From assembly GCA_951406725.2 (NCBI GenBank), contig OX597831.1:45942001-46006000 (forward strand): DNA of 64,000 nucleotides. Direction: 5' to 3'. A model generated the notes under the pieces. That model was not told where the DNA came from. It saw nothing but the letters and a program-made list of their open reading frames with translations, and ran no database searches. The stretch is from Octopus vulgaris. Lineage: Eukaryota. Positions 1 through 12,405 of this stretch are shown one piece after another. The translations under genes were made by a program, and so were the position numbers. How positions within the stretch are numbered: position 1 is the stretch's first letter; each line of letters starts with the position of its first letter.

Positions 1-92
1 AAAGGCAATAGATCGATACTAGGGTCATAATTATGGGTGACAATTTCATATGACACTGCTAGAAAAAACTGCCGTTCAAACCGAAAAGATCC
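1..92. mobile_element. Right end of a Merlin-like MITE (same family as 12406-12792), cut by the window edge
   Basis: Near-identical to 12709-12792; ends in TIR ...GCCGTTCAAACCGAAAAGATCC. Confidence 0.75.
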
Positions 93-318
93 TAGCTTTG
101 TAAATAACAAGAGAAGCATACATTGCCATGTATTTTATATAAGATCTTTTTTATGACAACTGTTTTATCAGACAGTTGAACCAGTACATGAGTAATATGG
201 AGATGAGCAAAGAGTCTTGTCCCACTACAAAATGCAATAATTGTGATTGGGTGTTAAACTATGAGACAAATAACTCAATATTGATCATTGTTTCTAAAAA
301 TAAAAAAAATTAACTTAC

Positions 319-345
319 TCTGGTGTCTGACAAATTCTTTTCTCT
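319..345 (-). CDS. SGCE: Alpha/epsilon-sarcoglycan-like gene, 27-nt cytoplasmic microexon ((I)EKRICQTP(E/D))
   Basis: On -: TTTTCTTCTTTCCAG|AGAGAAAAGAATTTGTCAGACACCAGA|GTAAGT. Phase 2/2 joins the exon ending at 4306 to give CCGRVGIEKRICQTP, matching recalled vertebrate SGCE CCRREGVEKRNMQTPD. Confidence 0.8.
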
Positions 346-1086
346 CTGGAAAGAAGAAAAAAAAACATTTTAGATAACTGTTAGTATATTTTTTGCATTT
401 ATTTGCAACTTCATAAAAATATACTGATAAACCATTTGATATTTTAAAGTGAGAGAATGAAAAATCAGGACTGATTATTTATCCAGTAATATAAATTAAA
501 TTAGTGAAATTGATTCTCACTTTTATCAAAATTACTTCCCGTTCCTAACACCTCTAGGCTATTGTTTACTTTCTCCTATTAAAAAAGAATATTTTGCATA
601 TGCCTTTCAATTAATCCTCCCACCCCCATATATCTTATATACTAACAGTGGCCATACTACAGCTCTCAAAGCTACGATGGTCATCTCCTCATATAATGTT
701 GAGCTTTGGTGTTATTTTATCTAAAATGCCTTTAGCAATTGACCAGGAAGCAGTGATTAATAAACACTATACTTTAGTGAGTAAAATTCTGTTGCAGTAT
801 ATTTTCTTATTTATAGACATAATTTTAAAGATACATGTTGTGGCTCTTGAACATAAAACAAAAATCATATATGGCTCATCATATTATGAAATTTGGTCAT
901 ATAACCAGATTGGAAAACCAATCAAATATATAATGACTGTCATCAACATCATATCATTTTCACATCCACTTTTCCGAGCTTGCATGGGCCATATGGAATA
1001 TTACAAGTTGATTCCCTTTCTGTTGCCAGCATTGCAAAGATAATGTTTTTCCATGGCTAGAACTGAATGACATAGCTTGATAGCTT

Positions 1087-1129
<43 letters not shown>

Positions 1130-1262
1130 CACACATATATATATTATTATCATCAACATCTGTTTTTATGCTAGCATAGGTTGGATGAACTGATAGGAAC
1201 TGACAAAACCAGGGGCCTGCACTGGGTTCCATAGTCTGTTTTGGTTTTTCTAAGGCTGGATG

Positions 1263-1296
<34 letters not shown>

Positions 1297-1298
<2 letters not shown>

Positions 1299-1576
1299 AT
1301 GTTTGTTCCTTCTCGAGCCATGCCTGACTCATAGGGCCAGTTTCCCAGTTTCCGTGGTGTATAGGTTCCCCAACTGGATGGGATGCTGGCCCGTTGCAGG
1401 TGAGCTGCAAGATGCAGGAGGAAAGAGTGAGAGAAAGTTGTGAAAGAGCCAGCAGAATTTTGCTGGAACCGCGTGGGGCTAAGGTGTTTTGCTCATAAAC
1501 ACACACACATCACCCGGTCTGAGATTCAAACTCGTGATCCCTCGACTGCTGCTCTAACCACTAGGCCATGTTCCTC

Positions 1577-1580
<4 letters not shown>
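1297..1580 (-). mobile_element. tRNA-derived SINE (second CORE-like family; relatives near 3255-3570, 29660-29940, 30600-30840, 54300-54472, 56680-56822)
   Basis: On -: A-box TGGCCTAGTGGTTAG, B-box-like GAGTTTGAATCTC, then GAGCAAAACAC CORE-like segment. Confidence 0.6.
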
Positions 1581-1622
<42 letters not shown>

Positions 1623-2421
1623 CACCAATGGGTACGGACGCACATACACGCAAATGCTTTTCATCCACCAAGCCCATTCACAAGGCTTTGGTCAACCTGG
1701 GGCTATAACAGATGGTGCCCTCCATGATGGGATTGATCCCAGTCCCACGTGACTGATAAGCAAACGTCTTAATCACACTGACAAGCCTACGTCTATAATG
1801 CATTCATAATAATGACAACACGGAATGAGCAATCAGCTTGATTAAATTTAGAGGAAGGTGAAGTGACTCTCAGATAGAGCATTAGAATTAGATTGAATGG
1901 CTTACAGAATTTAATTCTATTCCAGTAAGTTCAAACCCAGTCTTTATATTTCTTCCTTTCTTTATAATTTATATTTCTTCCCTGCAGAGTCGTTGTAAAA
2001 CATTTCAGTAATATGCTAGGTTTGATTAAAAATTAATCTTTGTGGGTTTATGTAGGAAAGCAGTTGGAGTTGTGATGAAAATATGATTGTTGTGACATTT
2101 GCGTCTTTTACAAAGATACTAATGATGTAAACAAAGTCAATTTTCTCCAATCATCATCATCATCAACATTTTAATATTCACTTTTCTTTGTTCACATAGG
2201 ATGGGAAGAATTTATTGAGACAGATTTTTCTATGGCAGGATGCTCTTCCTGTTGCCAACCCTCATCTACTTAAAAGGAAGGTAATATTTTCATGGAAAAT
2301 TAGAAATGAAGGACATTGCTTGCATGATGGTAACACTCATTTACAACTATCATGCAATGTCAAGAAAAGGGTTTAGTAACACAATCACATGTGCACACAC
2401 ACACACACACACACACACAGA

Positions 2422-2639
2422 CGAGAGGGTGCGGAAAAGTTCCTGGTTTTGGGTAAAAGAAAATACAGGAGGATCAGTTAATTATGATTTTATTCAACAT
2501 ATTCACCTCTCAGATTCACACACTTAATGCAGTGGTCCTTCAGATTTTCTAAAGCCTTGTAAAAGAACTTGGAATGTTGAACCTCCAACCAGCCCTTTCG
2601 CAAAACCCTTAAAGCCAGGAACTTTTTAGCACCCCCTCA
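2422..2639. mobile_element. Mariner-type MITE
   Basis: Imperfect TIRs CGAGAGGGTGCGGAAAAGTTCCTGGTTTT / AAAGCCAGGAACTTTTTAGCACCCCCTCA followed by TA. Confidence 0.7.
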
Positions 2640-2808
2640 TAGTCATTAAGACAGAGTGTTTGTGGCTTTTGAGTTAGTTTAACTCTTATCTTTAGCAAAA
2701 AGCAGTGCTAGTCAGTACCTTCTCTCACTTTTGTGACCTCTATTAATTTTACCTTTAGGTTCTAATTGCTAATAAGCCACCCTTTTTAATTTGTTATATA
2801 TGTATATA

Positions 2809-3196
2809 TCTTTATATATAAAAGTCAAGTTGTGTGTCTGTCTCCTACGATTTAGATTCCTAACTACTCCCACATTTTGCGGTGCAGTTTAACCAAAACC
2901 GGGTATCTTATAGTCGTGATTCATATCGAACCCTTCTGGGTATTAGTGCGCGTCTACGATGAGTCAACGATTTAAAAAAAAAATTACCATCATTTTTTTC
3001 CATTTTAATGCATTTTTCGCTATTAAAAAAAGGGAAGTAACTCTCTAAAAATGTCTACGATGAGTCAACGATTTAAAAAAAAATTTACCATCATTTTTTT
3101 CCCATTTTTAATGCATTTTTTTGGCTATAACTTTCTCAAAATGTTTATGTAGTTATTTCCCTTACAAACCCGAGCAACGCCGGGCGATACTGCTAG
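2809..3196 (+). mobile_element. Non-autonomous Helitron-like element
   Basis: Inserted A|T; 5' TCTTTATATATAAAAG; 3' hairpin CCCGAGCAACGCCGGG then CTAG; internal repeat at 2952-3018/3053-3122. Confidence 0.8.
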
Positions 3197-3871
3197 TGTA
3201 TATATATATATATATATATATACATACATACATACACACACACACTTGTGTGTGAAGGCATGTGGCCAGGGTATTTGGTTCACAATTGTAGAGTAATGAG
3301 TTCAATTCCTGGTGACATGTTGTGTCCTTGAGCAAGACACTTTTATTTCACATTGCTCCAGTCCACTCAGCTGGCAAAAATTGAATAGTACCTATATTTG
3401 AAATGGTCAGCCTTGTCATGTTCTGTGACATACTGAATCTACCTGAGAACCACGTTAAGGGTACACATGTCTGTGGAGTGCTCAGCTACTTGCAAGTTAA
3501 TTTCATGAGCAAGCAGATCTGTTGATCGTATCAGCTGGGACCCTCATCATCATAACCGATGGAGTGCTCTTACTATATATATATGTATGTATGTATGTCA
3601 AGCTTCTTTTAGTTTCTGACCACCAAATCCACTCATAAAGCTTTGGTCAGCCTGGGATCATAGCAGAAGACACTAGTTCTGGGTGCCATGCAGTGGGATT
3701 GAAACCAAATCCACATGGCTGGGAAGCAAACTTCTTACTACACAGAAATGCCTGCATCCATGTGTTATCTAAAATGGGTTGTGAATTATTATTAGGGCAG
3801 GTATCTTACCTCTGCTATGTGGTCCACATCACAATTGGTTGGAATAGATTTTTTATTTTTTTAATAGAATC

Positions 3872-4265
3872 GTGGTAAGTAGCTTGTCTACCAACCACAT
3901 GGTTCCGGGTTCGGTCCCACTGCGTGGTACCTTGGGCAAGTGTCTTCTACTATAGCCTTGGGCTGACCAAAGCCTTGTGAGTGGATTTGGTAGACGGAAA
4001 CTGAAAGAAGCCTGTCGTATATATGTATATATATATATGTATGTGTGTGTGTTTGTGTGTCTGTGTTTGTCCTCCTAGCATTGCTTGACAACCGATGCTG
4101 GTGTGTTTACGTCCCCGTCACTTAGCGGTTCGGCAAAAGAAACTGATAGAATAAGTACTGGGCTTACAAAGAATAAGTCCCGGGGTCGATTTGCTCGACT
4201 AAAGGCGGTGCTCCAGCATGGCCGCAGTCAAATGACTGAAACAAGTAAAAGAGTAAAAAGAGTAA
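3872..4265 (+). mobile_element. tRNA-derived CORE-type SINE (young family, slightly 5'-truncated)
   Basis: GTGGTAAG...GGTTCGGTCCC head, TTGGGCAAGT CORE-like motif, internal (TA)/(TG) tract, 3' GGCGGTGCTCCAGCATGGCCGCAG...(GTAAAAGA)n; many near-identical copies in the window. Confidence 0.85.
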
Positions 4266-4305
4266 CACTCGACTAGAAGATTCAGAAGAGCTGAAACATA
4301 CTCAC

Positions 4306-4528
4306 ATGCCAACTCTACCACAACACATCATGCAGCTGAGAAAGAGAACAACCAAAAGCAATACGGCAGCTGGTATGATGACAAACGTTACAAAATCAGG
4401 AAATATGTCATGGCAGCGTTCACTGAGACATTTGGGAGGATCAAAATCATCGACGATAGGAAGCACATTATCCAAGAGGATCATTGTTTCACATCAGAGT
4501 CACGTCCAATTAAAAAAAAAAAGGGAAT
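4306..4528 (-). CDS. SGCE: Alpha/epsilon-sarcoglycan-like gene, transmembrane exon (apparent 1-nt frameshift near 4487-4489)
   Basis: VLPIVDDFDPPKCLSERCHDIFPDFVTFVIIPAAVLLLVVLFLSCMMCCGRVG aligns by eye to recalled SGCE [52 protein letters not shown]; acceptor TCTTTCTCTTCAG at 4529, donor GTGAGT at 4305. Confidence 0.72.
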
Positions 4529-4585
4529 CTGAAGAGAAAGAAAGAGAAAAACAGCATAAATTGTCACAGTGCTTTGATTTTTAAT

Positions 4586-4992
4586 ACTCATTTCATACTA
4601 TCTCGTTTACTTGTTTCAGTCATTTGACTGCGGCCATGCTGGAGCACCGCCTTTAGTCGAGCAAATGAACCCCGGGACTTATTCTTTGTAAGCCCAGTAC
4701 TTATTCTATCGGTCTCTTTTGCCAAACTGCTAAGTGACGGGGACGTAAACACGCCAGCATCGGTTGTCAAGCAATGCTAGGGGGACAAACACAGAAACAC
4801 ACAAACATATATACATACATACATATATACGACAGGCTTCTTTCAGTTTCCGTCTACCAAATCCACTCACAAGGCATTGGTCAGCCCGGGGCTATAGCAG
4901 AAGACACTTGCCCAAGATGCCACGCAGTGGGACTGAACCCGGAACCATGTGGTTGGTTAGCAAGCTACTTACCACACAGCCACTCCTGCGCC
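4586..4992 (-). mobile_element. tRNA-derived CORE-type SINE, full length
   Basis: Starts GGCGCAGGAGTGGCTGTGTGGTAAG on -; reverse complement of 3872-4265. Confidence 0.85.
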
Positions 4993-5373
4993 TATATCTA
5001 TCTATCTTTTATTTTTTACTTGCTTTAGTACTTGGACTATGAACATGCTGGGACACCATCTTGATGGTTTTACCTGAACAAATCAACCCAGGTACTTACT
5101 TTTTTAAAGCCTGAGACTTATTGTATCAGTCACCTTTGTTGAGATCGAATATGTTAGACCAACCAAGCATGGCAAAATAGATTTTGCTCTCTGGAGCCTA
5201 ATGGCATCTATAAATAAGAGAATCTGTCTTGTTTTCATCAGTGAGGTGGGAACCTTCAGAGAAAGAGAGGAGAGTGGTTTGGCAAGTAGCTTCGATGCAT
5301 TACTTGTGTTCCTATTTGTCACGCTCGTATAAACAGAAAGAATGAGAGACTGCAAGAAGTCATGTAATGTATT

Positions 5374-5608
5374 TCTTATTTCTTTACTACCCACAAGGGG
5401 CTACACACAGAGGGGACAAACAAGGACAGACAAACAGATTAAGTCGATTATATCGACCCCAATGCATAAATGGTACTTATTTAATTGACCCCAAAAGGAT
5501 GAAAGCAAAGTCGAATTCGGCGGAATTTGAACTCAGAACGTAGCAGCAGACGAAATACCGCTAAGCATTTCGCCTGGCGTGCTAACGTTTCTGCCAGCTT
5601 GCTGCCTT
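5374..5608 (-). mobile_element. tRNA-derived SINE with Meta/Sauria-like central domain
   Basis: On -: GGCAG...TGGCAGAAACGTTAG head, GAGTTCAAATTCC B-box, TTTCATCCTTTTGGGGTCAAT...AAGTACC central domain. Confidence 0.7.
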
Positions 5609-6454
5609 GTAATGTCATGTAATGTATTTCTATCAAGCGACATATCACCAAATTTCTACTGATTTGAGAATCAAATGCGTATACTTTCTTCAGAGAGTTA
5701 TCATCATGATTTAACCAACCAGTTGCTTTACAAATTCGCTTACCAGTTGAATAAAGCATCACAGTTAATTGCAACTTGTTTTCTTGTATTACTTTCCACT
5801 GTTCTAAACATAACTAATTGGAATCAAGAACTCATAATTATACAAGGGAGAGCCAGAGACATGCTAACCAACTCGTTAAAAACCCTATATTAGCCCTGAA
5901 CATGCAAGCCTATGATCAAAAGTGCCCCAGTTTTGACTCTCATGCTTTTTGTTTGTTTAGAACATTATCCAAAATCATCATTTAACATTCATTTTCCATA
6001 CTGGCATGGATTGGATGGGTTGACAGGAGCTGGTAGTTAAAGAGTTGCTCCAAGCTCCAATTGTCCGTTTTTGCATAGTTTCTATGGCTGGATGCCCTTC
6101 CTAATGCCAACTACTTTACAGAATGTACTGGATGTTTTTTATGTGACACCAACATGTATCTTTCCTATTTTAAAACTGTGTGATATGAGGGAGATATGGA
6201 TGCTATACCTCATAGTTTAAACAACCATGCAGAAACTTCTTTCATTATCTCTATACATTATCTCATTATCTCTATACCTATCTTATTGGTCTTCCTTCAT
6301 ATAGCTCGACTACACTTCAATCTTATCTGTGAAGCTAAAACTCTGACCTAACCACAACTTTGTGAAAAATATTCCCGTTTGTTTCTGTCAAACATAAATG
6401 ATTATATGTCTCTTTATCATATATTAGACTAGTTTAATCCCTTGCAGATCATAC

Positions 6455-6690
6455 GCCAGCTGCTAATATATACGCCATGTTGATTTGTTAGCCTCTGCAC
6501 GCATTTTTTTTTCTCTCCTTGTTTCTTTCTGTGTTTCTTTTCTGTGTATCTTTCTGTTGAAGAGCATAGGCTCAAAACGTAAAAGACTTGTTTTATTTAT
6601 ATTCCTGAGCGCCATACTAATACAATTGTTTGTTTGTATTCCACCTGCCTTCATCTTTTGTTTATTTTCATAAAGCTTCCCATTATATAT
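6455..6690 (+). mobile_element. Penelope-like terminal repeat fragment with degenerate minimal hammerhead (6549-6586)
   Basis: TCTTT CTGTTGA A GAGC-ATAG-GCTC AAAA CG TA AAAGA has type I hammerhead layout with two core substitutions. Confidence 0.5.
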
Positions 6691-6711
6691 ATATATATAT
6701 ATATATATATA

Positions 6712-7504
6712 CTAGCAGTATTGCCCTACTCGTGCGTTCTATGCACGTGCGAATTAAGCTAAACTTGGATGAAGTTCAATCAAAATTCAATTATTTTGGT
6801 TTTAAAATCAAGCATTTAATGCCCTCTATTTTTGCGCTTATGTGTTCCATTTCCTCAATAGGAGGTACGTAGAAGTGTTTCATAAATTTTTGTTGATCAA
6901 ATAATTGCATTGTTGAATTGCATTCTTTTAGATCAGTATTTCTCAACGGGGATTTCAGGGAGTCGCTGGCGATGTATCGTGATGATTAAAAATCCGGCCT
7001 GCTAAAAATTTGGTTAAAGTGATTCAAACTGCAGACTCAATGCAAAATGGTCACATTTAATTCAAAGCGTTAAAAATGTTATGAAAACAATTGGCATGTG
7101 TTCACAAAGTCCAAACAATTAATACAAAAAACCCTCCAGGCTACATCCCGAAAATTCATTTCTTTGCCAAATTTCTACAATGTTTACGGCGATTCGTTTT
7201 TATATCTTGATTTTTAATTTTTCATGCAATTTACGCATGCTTGCACGCGTGGTGAACACAGTTCACGTCAAACAGCTGACTGAGTAAAGTTCACTATTCA
7301 GTGCATGGGATAAGGCCTAAACAAACACATTATCGATTTTTGCACTTACGAGATGAATTTCGGAACAGAAATAGTGCAGTTCAATTTTCATTCGCCTAAA
7401 CTTTAAGTGACCCATTTTTGGTGGTTCTACGATTTGTTGGCTAGGAGGAGATGTGCCGGGAAGTTAAACACACAGATACACAAGTTGAGTGTTATATATA
7501 TAGA
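6712..7504 (-). mobile_element. Non-autonomous Helitron-like element
   Basis: On -: A|TCTATATATATAAC 5' end and ...GGGCAATACTGCTAG|T 3' end, both resembling 2809-3196. Confidence 0.65.
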
Positions 7505-7884
7505 TTACCTCTCAATGGCTCAGTTCACGTGGCCATAGGAAAGTACTATGGGAATTCTGATAAAGCTTTAAAAATAATTACCAACAATATGTATGGAGGT
7601 ACATTACTGCCAACTTGCCCCTGTTCCAGGGTAGAAATTAAAATGAGAGGAGATAACTCTTTCAGTTGGCAACAATGCAACTGGTACTCCCAGATGGTGG
7701 CCAACCCAACTGATATCACATGGTGAGCCAATAAAAAGGTTTCTACATGACCACTCAACCCATTAGTATTACCAATCAAACCTCTAAAATTTTTAAAGTA
7801 AAGACAAAGGCATGTTTATTAAACACATTTATGTAAATTGATTCTCAATTTCTTGAAATTATCTCCCCTTCTTTTGAGTATTCT

Positions 7885-8268
7885 TTTTCTACTCTAGGCA
7901 CAAGGCCCGAAATTTTGGAGGAGGGGGCTAGTCGATTAGTTAGATCCCAGTACGCAACTGATAATTTATCGACCCCGAAAGAATGAAAGGCAAAGTCGAC
8001 CTCGGCGGAATTTGAACTCAGAACGCGAAGACAGACGAAATACCTATTTCTTTACTATCCACAAGGGGCTAAACATAGAGGGGATAGACATTGGTATTAA
8101 GTCGATTACATCGACCCCAGTGCGTAACTGGTACTTAATTTATCGACCCCCGAAAGGATGAAAGGCAAAGTCGACCTCGGCAGAATTTGAACTCACAACG
8201 TAACGGCAGACGAAATACCGCTAAGCATTTCGCTAGGCGTTCCAACGTTTCTGCCCGCTGGCTGCCGT
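7885..8268 (-). mobile_element. Two tandem Meta-domain SINEs (other copies near 18080-18285, 30010-30145, 37772-37997, 39900-40020, 40380-40590, 50263-50470)
   Basis: The block ATCGACCCCGAAAG.ATGAAAGGCAAAGTCGACCTCGGC.GAATTTGAACTCA occurs twice. Confidence 0.75.
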
Positions 8269-8553
8269 TCTTTATTTGAGTATTACAAACACTTGCTACT
8301 ATGTTGTTCTTTTCTTTCTCTAATTAAGGAAATTTCCTTAAATTGAAAATATTTTGCCTATATCTTTCAGTAACCACCCTCCCCTTATATATCCTATATA
8401 CCTTATATCTTATACACCCTACTGTTTTTAAACGGAATGAGTCATATAAGGGTATAGTCCAAGATACAGTTTGAAAACTATGCTTTTATTATACAGACTT
8501 GACCTAAGGTTAAAAATATCATTTCTCGATTAAACCTCCTTAATTGCTTCAGG

Positions 8554-8716
8554 CATGCTTGTTGCTTAGTGGAGTGCACTGTCACCCGCACTATTTAATG
8601 GTGCACCCTCAGATTTAGAAATTACAGTTTACAAAAATCTACCCACTATACAAGTTAGTGCCCACCCAGAATTATTCTGAAACACCCCCAGGCACCAAAG
8701 TCTGGTGACTGGCCTG
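8554..8716. mobile_element. hAT-type MITE
   Basis: 8-bp TSD GCTTCAGG (8546-8553/8717-8724); related copy at 24509-24686. Confidence 0.7.
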
Positions 8717-11700
8717 GCTTCAGGTGATACCAATTAAAAATCTTCTGGTTATATCAATCCAATCAATACACAGGTGTCAGTTGAAAGGATTATGGCCATC
8801 CAGGTGATATCTACACTCAGGCTGTTCTCACCCAGTTGAAACATGATATATGACAGCACGATTGTGGACAAGCATCCCAAAACTTATTGGGTTGTCAGGA
8901 CATTACTGAAGTTTGTCTTTGTGCAGTGTTTCTAATCTATTGAAAGAAGAATTTAACTCAGCTCTACAGTTTAAAAGAAATATTCGTCAGTTTTAGCACG
9001 CTGTTACTAATAACTATTTATAACCAATTATGATAAACAAAATACGTGATAGAAATAATTAACAATCAAATATATGTCAACGGTCAACAATCATTAGTAT
9101 TTTTTTAGATTTTATCATTCTATTTGTAATAATAAGTATTAAAAATTCTGCTTCTTTGCGATCCCCCACCTTCTTCCCTTTAATGGCTGACTTATTTTAC
9201 ACCTGTTGTATTCTTGTACTTTGAATTAATCTGTTTCGAAAGCAGCCCCTGTATTCCTACGACTTCCGATTTGTAGATAGATATTGCAAAGTGAAATTAT
9301 GTATTGTAGACCAGAGACGTGGACATAACATGGAAAAAGAAATTATTTGTGTTAACACCCGTCGTTTCTGAATGGAAATTGTTAAGTTCCAGGTGAGATC
9401 TGATCACGCAGATCCATGATCAAACGCATTTCACCTTGTATACAAAGATACTTTATTTTTTACGATAGATTAGGGTGAGACTTGAGAAAAATTTGACCCT
9501 TATTTCGAATAGATCAAACGACTACGTAGGAAGGCTTTTCGTTAGTTTTTCTGAATAAAAGCTTGTGTAAAAGAAAAGTAACGTACAGGTATATTGTATT
9601 TACCCTTAGTTTCGTTTAAAGTGAAGGACGTGCAATGAAACTAGAATAACTTTGAACGAGTATTATGCTTTATTAAACCAGCTTTCACTCACACAGTGGA
9701 AAAATAAAAGAAAAAACAGTCAGTTGTCATAATTCAAAATAAAGGGTTAAAGGTAACAAGTGTCAAGAATTGAAATGGGTGAGTTTTGAGTTTTCCTAAA
9801 GAGGCAGCAATCAAATCATTCTTCAAATAGATCAATTCTTTAATAGATCAATTTAAATTCGCAAATACCAACACCTTGTTGATTAAAAATAAACAATTTA
9901 AAAACATTTTCTGATAGCTGTCTGTCAATAACCACAACCATCGCCACCATCACCCTATCCTCCTCCATCACCACACATCTACCCACCATCGCAACAAGTT
10001 TCATCAATTATACAATAGCAAAATAACAACATTAATTACCAACCAATTTCTAGTTTAAGCAACATATATTTTATTGAAACCGAAATCCATTCATTAAATA
10101 GAGAAAAAACGATAGAATATTTTTTACCGAAGTCTTATAGAATAAAAGAAATTCATTCCTTCTTACCAAAATATGATTCTGTAAACAAAGAAATAAAAAA
10201 GAATAGCTAAAGTAGACCATTATATATAATATTTATCACACTTGAATTTAAGTGAATATAATAAGCAGAGAACGATATGAATTGTTTGAAATATGAATAG
10301 TTTAAGAAGCAACGAAATTAATTGTGGGGAAAAGAAGACGAAAGAATATAAATTAGGTATGAAATGTCAAATAAAATTTTAAAAACCTATGATGACATTC
10401 AAAGTTTACATTTATCGATCAGTTAATGTTTTGTTAGTAAACATTCAACTTACTTTTTGAGCATGTATCTAGCAGGGAAATGTGAAGAATTATAATTCTG
10501 AAGAAGTTATTCTTAGTAGAGGTAAAGTAAAAGTTTTAGCAACAAGGAACGTCAGCCATTACGTGTTAAGGAATGGTACCGCTTCTCTTCTCCTTGCCTA
10601 GCTGCTGCTATTTTAGTAGAAGTACCTATTTTCGCAGAAAGGAAATCAACCACATGAAGATACATCGTTCTTCACACATCAAATAATAATAACTTCTGTC
10701 AAGTAACGAAACTTATCTAACAATGGTAGTTAGTTTAAAATGATTTTTACGCCAAAAAAAATATAGAAACAAATAAATAAATACTGCTGAGTGATAGATC
10801 TTCGTTCAGCCATGCCTTTTTATTGTTAATCTTTCAGAAGACTTCAAAGTAGTTAAGAAAGCTTTTAAGTCAGAAACTCTTAAATTTTAAAACTGATACA
10901 ATTCGATAATCAAAGAAATTTTTTATTTCTTGCATTAGCAATAGGTTTAGTTTGAATCTTAAAATCCTTAATAAAACCCCTTCAAAAGTTATTCAACTCA
11001 CAAAGCCATCTCGTACGTGTTTGTGTTATCTACTAAGCTTTAGAACAGTCTAAGAGTTTCTAAACGGCACGCTTATCGAAAAATTACCTTCACTTTTATT
11101 TTTGTAATGCGGCCCACCTGATGATGAACCATGTCTCATGCGGCCCGCCTCCCGAAAAGGTTACCTATGCTTACTCTAGAATTAGGGTAGCATTTTATAA
11201 TATACGCCTTCGTTAGCTGAAGTTTGCATTGAATAACGAAATTATATGCATAATCAGTTTTCTTTATAAAAATATTAAGGCCATTTACTTGGAGGCACAA
11301 TGCAGGAGCAAGTATAAGGCAAAAACAGAATGTTGAGGAGATCTTAGATATTTCCAGAAACTTGCTGTAGGAGACTTCTGGCGTATGAAACCTAACTTTT
11401 CCTAAATGACGTTCTTTAATATTATTTCATTACTATATGGTCCAAGACGTTAGATACAAGCATAAGAACATATTTTGACTTGCAAGATTGAAGTTAATTG
11501 CAAGTCAGTCTTTGCTTGTGTATTTTAAATGAAACATTATTTGTATGTCTGTTTGATAACTTTAATGAACTGTGACCAAAAGAACAATAGATGTCTTTAA
11601 ATAAACGTGTTATTACAAAGGCAAAGCGAAATGAAAACAACTTTATAAATATATATACACTTCTTGTCACAAGCGTGGTGGGGCAGCCCTACCCCGCTGT

Positions 11701-12405
11701 GTGTGTGTGAGAGAGAGAGAGAGGGGGGGAGATTATTAAGAGAGCAGATAATTTGCTGTCTAATGAAATAAAGATGGTTTTAAACTTTAGAAACTTGTCC
11801 AAACATAATGATAAAGAAAGAAAAATTATGTGGATGCAAAGTCTGTCTTGTCTTCTCATTAATAAAGAAGTTGGTGGGGAGGGGCAAGAAAACTCATTAA
11901 TATTTTCTGGGTTAGGGACTGATATCTGTCAGTGTAAGAACCATTGAATTAACTTATTTTTCTTACAGTTTTTATGTAGTGTTTTCTGTGCTGACATCCT
12001 GTTTTCAGAAGAAAATTAAATTCTTATGATGATATTTTGTTTCGGCTGTTGAAAATGTAGGTCAAGTCTTTCACATCAACTCACAAAATCAACATCTGTC
12101 GCGCCAATGAGAAAAAGCCTCAATGCGGTCGCTTAATTCTTTAGAAATAGCAACCAAATCTCCATCAAACTAGACCTTATCAGCTTAAAATAGAATAAAC
12201 AATGGAGTAAAAAAACAAAATGACCACGGCTTGAATGCTTTTCATAAGTTGGCTTGAACAACGTCGACCTGGGTAAACGTTAACGACTGCAACAATATTG
12301 GATTGTAAGATAATTTCGTTCGTTCTCAGCGCCGCGATACCTTAACACCTTCCCAATACTATTTGAATTAACGCGAAAAATATTTTTTATCTTAGTGTTT
12401 TATAG

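Noticed and set aside
7509-7783. Possible minus-strand exon (AG...GT flanked)
   Set aside because: Stops in all frames and no sarcoglycan similarity; the apparent donor abuts a Helitron end.
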